The translations under genes and the position numbers were made by a program. From positions 1 to 16,036 of the IMG/VR virus record IMGVR_UViG_3300012347_000037: a stretch of 16,036 nucleotides of DNA, one strand, 5' to 3'. Source of the stretch: a virus. The notes under the pieces were generated by a model, which worked only from the letters and a program-made list of their open reading frames with translations, had not been told where the DNA came from and ran no database searches. Below, piece by piece: positions 13,538-16,036 of this stretch (its first letter is position 1; each line of letters starts with the position of its first letter).

Positions 13538-14139
13538 TATGCTGCGCTCCTAAGTGCTGCTCTCGCGGCTTCGGCTCTAAATTGTGTTAATGCTTTATCT
13601 ATTGCTCGCATGGTTGCGCCTTCTGCCATGCCTCTGTTCTCAGCCCAAGCGCGATAGATAAGACGTCCGCGACCTTTAAGGCTTGATACCAATGGAGGAA
13701 GTTCTGAGATGAACTGCTTACCCGCTTGTGGGTTATTTGACTTGCTCACTTGGTTGCTCTTGCTTCCGGCTTTAGGACCAACCCAAGGCTGACCCTGTAA
13801 ACCGTTGCGTCCTGCGCTCTCATAGATAGCTCCCACGCGGCTACGGTTCTCAATACGAGCCATGGAGCTAAATCCGTTGGAGTTAATCTTGCTAGGTGTA
13901 GTGCTGTAAGTGATCCCAGATTTAATAGTCGAGGCATTAAATGTTGGGAACTTTCCTTCTGAAAAGGAACGACCAGCCCAGCCCCGCATCGGAGATTCCG
14001 CAGGAACAAATCCTTTAGCTTCTCTTACTACAGGGCGAAGGGCAGCCGTGATTTCCTTCTTCAAAGCCTTCTCTAAGTCAGGAGTGAAGCGACGCATTGC
14101 TTTACGAAGGTCAGCGTTTCCGCGTATTTCTATTCGCAT
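13537..14139 (-). CDS. HK97-gp10-like tail or neck protein in an atypical position
   Basis: 200 aa with SD GAAGGAG. The N-terminus 'IEIRGNADLRKAMRRFTPDLEKALKKEITAALRPVVREAKGFVP' resembles the opening of HK97 gp10-family proteins. Its stop overlaps the tape-measure ATG (TAATG). The functional call is tentative. Confidence 0.4.
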   Translation of the reverse strand: MRIEIRGNADLRKAMRRFTPDLEKALKKEITAALRPVVREAKGFVPAESPMRGWAGRSFSEGKFPTFNASTIKSGITYSTTPSKINSNGFSSMARIENRSRVGAIYESAGRNGLQGQPWVGPKAGSKSNQVSKSNNPQAGKQFISELPPLVSSLKGRGRLIYRAWAENRGMAEGATMRAIDKALTQFRAEAARAALRSAA

Positions 14140-14535
14140 TCTCTCGCTCCTTCGCTAGGTCGTTTAACACTTCTATGTGAGCCTTAAACGCCATAGGCGA
14201 TAGGTTCACTATTGACTCAAACGGAACCCCGTACTCATACGATAGACGAGCTGCCGTATAAGTAACGGAGTTCCGATCTAGCCTAAAGGGGAAGACTCTA
14301 AGACCTCGACCCCTTGCAACATCTCGACGAACTTATCCCCAAAAGGAGGAACTGTTTCTCCGCCGCGCTTCATGGCTTCCCAGCAAAGGAAAAATACATC
14401 CGATTGCTTCTGGTCTTCCATAAGGCTCTTGTGAAAGCCCTTACCAGTATGCTGCTCGAAAGCGTACTCGTGGATAGGGAGTATCTCGTACTCTCTAACC
14501 TCGCCATTAGTCTTTGTGATTTTTAGTTTTGCCAT
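14111..14535 (-). CDS. Tail assembly chaperone, -1 frameshift product (GT-like, ~141 aa)
   Basis: Hand translation shows the -1 frame is open from the slip site for 57 codons (RLDRNSVTYTAARLSYEYGVPFESIVNLSPMAFKAHIEVLNDLAKERENANRNTRKR) to the TGA at 14113..14111. This exactly fills the otherwise unexplained 138-bp gap at 14140-14277. Confidence 0.65.
14278..14535 (-). CDS. Tail assembly chaperone (G-like, zero-frame product)
   Basis: 85 aa, directly downstream of the major tail gene. It ends 6 nt after a canonical slippery heptamer. Confidence 0.7.
   Translation of the reverse strand: MAKLKITKTNGEVREYEILPIHEYAFEQHTGKGFHKSLMEDQKQSDVFFLCWEAMKRGGETVPPFGDKFVEMLQGVEVLESSPLG
14284..14290 (-). other. 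Programmed -1 ribosomal frameshift slippery heptamer C CCT TTA
   Basis: The minus strand reads ...TC C CCT TTA GGC TAG. The X XXY YYZ phasing is correct in the chaperone zero frame, two codons before its stop. Confidence 0.65.
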
Positions 14536-14558
14536 TGCCCTTGCCCTTTTCTCTTAGT

Positions 14559-14993
14559 TTAGAATGTGCCTGTTTCAGTCTTTGTTACGCCACCTGAGAC
14601 GTTAAAGGAAACGCTCTGTGTGCTTAGATCGCCAACAGCGCCGTTAATAGGGGTGATGTTATTGACCAAAACGAGACCTGTCCAGAATGGGTTAGCAGCT
14701 GAGCCAGATGCTGACTTGTCGTTAGCTACCTTGAAATATACGTTCTTCCCAAGTAGTGAGTTAAGCGTCTGGAGAACTGCGTTTGAACCGTTGTCGTTGA
14801 TAAATTCAATAGTCAATGTTGAAGTCTCAAGTCCTGCAATCTGACGTACACCTGTATCGCCCATCGCTGTAACTGGGATTTCTTCAAAGCTGCGGTTGAG
14901 CGTAAAAGATGTGCAATACGCGCTAAGGTCGATAGATGCTGGGTCAGTTTCGCCGAGCTTGACGCCGACCTTGTTGTTAATGAATTGTGCCAT
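14559..14993 (-). CDS. Major tail (tube) protein
   Basis: 144 aa, beta-rich, with SD AAGGAAG. It lies immediately upstream of the chaperone/frameshift pair. The call is mainly positional. Confidence 0.65.
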   Translation of the reverse strand: MAQFINNKVGVKLGETDPASIDLSAYCTSFTLNRSFEEIPVTAMGDTGVRQIAGLETSTLTIEFINDNGSNAVLQTLNSLLGKNVYFKVANDKSASGSAANPFWTGLVLVNNITPINGAVGDLSTQSVSFNVSGGVTKTETGTF

Positions 14994-14994
14994 G

Positions 14995-15093
14995 TTATTC
15001 TTCTTCCTTCTTTGTCGGTGTTGCTGGCTTTGTTACTTCTGGCTTGACTTGACCAATACGCTCAAGCCATTCTGCATTTGACTTATCAGTCAT
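14995..15093 (-). CDS. Hypothetical 32-aa protein (below the ORF-track cut-off)
   Basis: The ATG at 15093 lies 2 nt after the upstream stop, with GGAG 8 nt upstream. It translates MTDKSNAEWLERIGQVKPEVTKPATPTKKEEE and fills the gap before the major tail gene. It could equally be an untranslated leader. Confidence 0.3.
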   Translation of the reverse strand: MTDKSNAEWLERIGQVKPEVTKPATPTKKEEE

Positions 15094-15095
15094 AT

Positions 15096-15491
15096 CTAGC
15101 TCCATTCTGTTAAGCATTGAATTGCAATGTCGCAAGTCAATAAATCGCCTGACGGAACAGTCATAACGCTGGGAGCGCTGACTGAACCTAATTTAAAGTT
15201 AATAGATGAGGCACATAGAAGATTAAATACACGGACTACGTCAGCCTCAATGCCAGCCAAATTACCTTGGTTATCCAAGAGTGGGACTAGGATTTGAACC
15301 CGGAAGTTAGCCATTGGTGAGATGGTGTTCTGCATATTGTTGTTCGGTTCGAGGTATGGATCCGCTGGAGTGATGATGATTGAATTCGGAATCGGGCTCG
15401 CTGGTGGGAAGCTGAATACCTGATAGAGGCTGTTGTCTACCAGAGCCGTAGCGATAGTTGACCGGAGAGTAGTTATCGCAGTCATGCTCAA
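15096..15491 (-). CDS. Head-tail joining or tail-terminator-like protein (DUF3168-like pattern)
   Basis: 131 aa. 'ITTLRSTIATALVDNSLYQVFSFPPASPIPNSIIITP' resembles the opening of DUF3168/gpU-like tail completion proteins. The ATG overlaps the adaptor stop (ATGA). Confidence 0.45.
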   Translation of the reverse strand: MSMTAITTLRSTIATALVDNSLYQVFSFPPASPIPNSIIITPADPYLEPNNNMQNTISPMANFRVQILVPLLDNQGNLAGIEADVVRVFNLLCASSINFKLGSVSAPSVMTVPSGDLLTCDIAIQCLTEWS

Positions 15492-16036
15492 CCAACCATA
15501 CTGTTCGGGTCGATATACGGCGAAATAAGTCCGCGAATGCGGCTTAGAAGCTGAGAGGACATCGCATAGAATAAACCCATAGATCCATCGGGAGCCATGC
15601 CGTTGCCTGAGTTAGCTTGACGAGCTTGCCAGATAGACTCGGCAACCATAAGGGCTGCCTCCTGAATTGCTGGGACTGTAGAAGGGTCGAGATAAGTCTC
15701 TGCAGCTACTACGCCGTAAGGGTTGACAGGATGGTAAACGGTTGCGGTGTTGTTGTTACCTGAGATGGCGTAAGTGATTGAATACTCGCCTACCTCTGTG
15801 ATGGTCTTGCTGCCGTTATGTTTAGATCCCATTCCTGAGATGACCACAGTCTGGCCTACATAGAATACGTCCTTAGTAGGCTCATCAAAATAGGTAGTGC
15901 CTGTGTTGGTGGTATTGCTATGACCAACTCCGAAAGAATTGTTAGCCCATATGAAAGGGAGCAGGGCGTTATCTGCCGCGGCGCAAACTTCTTGAATGAT
16001 TGCATCGCTATAGAGGGAGCCGACACCGAGAGCTGC
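15488..16036 (-). CDS. Head-tail adaptor-like protein (gp6/gp15-type), 3' part of the junction-spanning gene
   Basis: The ORF track starts this ORF at an internal GTG (15847), but the frame stays open to the window edge (...AAADNALLPFIWANNSFGVGHSNTTNTGTTYFDEPTKDVFYVGQTVVISGMG...). The N-terminal 'TELKAALGV' opener and the C-terminal helices 'AALMVAESIWQAR...LLSRIRGLISPY' resemble phage adaptors. It sits directly downstream of the capsid gene. Confidence 0.65.
   Translation of the reverse strand, partial: AALGVGSLYSDAIIQEVCAAADNALLPFIWANNSFGVGHSNTTNTGTTYFDEPTKDVFYVGQTVVISGMGSKHNGSKTITEVGEYSITYAISGNNNTATVYHPVNPYGVVAAETYLDPSTVPAIQEAALMVAESIWQARQANSGNGMAPDGSMGLFYAMSSQLLSRIRGLISPYIDPNSMVG
15982..16036. 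repeat. Terminal direct repeat, copy 2 (identical to 1..55)
   Basis: Same 55-mer as the window start. The length fits an assembler k-mer overlap. Confidence 0.9.

Noticed and set aside
10429-14844. Remaining shadow ORFs in the tail module: 10429..10641 +, 11890..12144 +, 12661..12846 -, 12714..12974 +, 13311..13553 +, 13746..14009 -, 13910..14158 +, 14314..14526 + and 14566..14844 +
   Set aside because: Each lies inside or antisense to a larger, syntenically sensible tail gene.
14896-15495. ORFs 14896..15081 + and 15307..15495 -
   Set aside because: The first is antisense to the major tail gene start and the 32-aa ORF. The second is an alternative frame of the DUF3168-like gene.
1-16036. 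CRISPR arrays, tRNA or other structured RNA genes, transposase or IS elements, toxin-antitoxin or known defence cassettes
   Set aside because: I saw no spaced repeat arrays, and no noncoding stretch is long enough for a tRNA outside the two short regulatory gaps. No recombinase- or transposase-like ORF is present.

Overview
The window is a complete, very small tailed-phage genome, not a chromosomal fragment. Bases 1-55 recur exactly at 15982-16036, so the unique sequence is 15,981 bp and closes into a circle. The simplest explanation is an assembler overlap. A head-tail adaptor-like gene reads in frame across that junction. All credible genes are on the minus strand and packing is very tight: about 32 CDS, with only four noncoding gaps longer than 20 bp. 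Several CDS fall below the ORF-track size cut-off and were found by hand.

Gene order, in transcription order (descending coordinates):
- Head-tail and tail genes: adaptor (wraps the junction), DUF3168-like protein, 32-aa ORF, major tail protein, tail assembly chaperone with a canonical -1 frameshift site (C CCT TTA), an HK97-gp10-like ORF in an unusual position, tape measure, Dit-like minor tail, 127-aa minor tail, glycine-rich tail protein and a conserved 102-aa protein.
- Lysis block: metallopeptidase-like endolysin candidate plus two small membrane proteins.
- Early block: acidic-tailed 73-aa protein, metallophosphoesterase, then the largest noncoding gap (128 bp, containing three phased 11-bp repeats).
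- Small early genes: 38-aa membrane protein, 91-aa helical protein, two tiny ORFs, Rad52/Sak-like protein, zinc-ribbon protein, PD-(D/E)xK resolvase-like protein and an FmdB-type zinc ribbon.
- A 51-bp gap carrying two perfect DnaA boxes.
- Late block: signal-anchored transglycosylase-like protein, HNH endonuclease, large terminase, portal and a fused prohead protease-major capsid protein.

I see no DNA polymerase, helicase/primase, replication initiator, small terminase, integrase, repressor, tRNA or CRISPR array.

The most interesting points are the twin consensus DnaA boxes in a genome with no recognisable replication genes, the iteron-like repeats, the run of zinc-ribbon-tagged early proteins, the HNH-TerL junction with no room for a TerS gene or cos site, and the displaced gp10-like gene.

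All product calls rest on motif recognition and synteny by eye. No homology search was run. I cannot show that any of these features is a truly new system.
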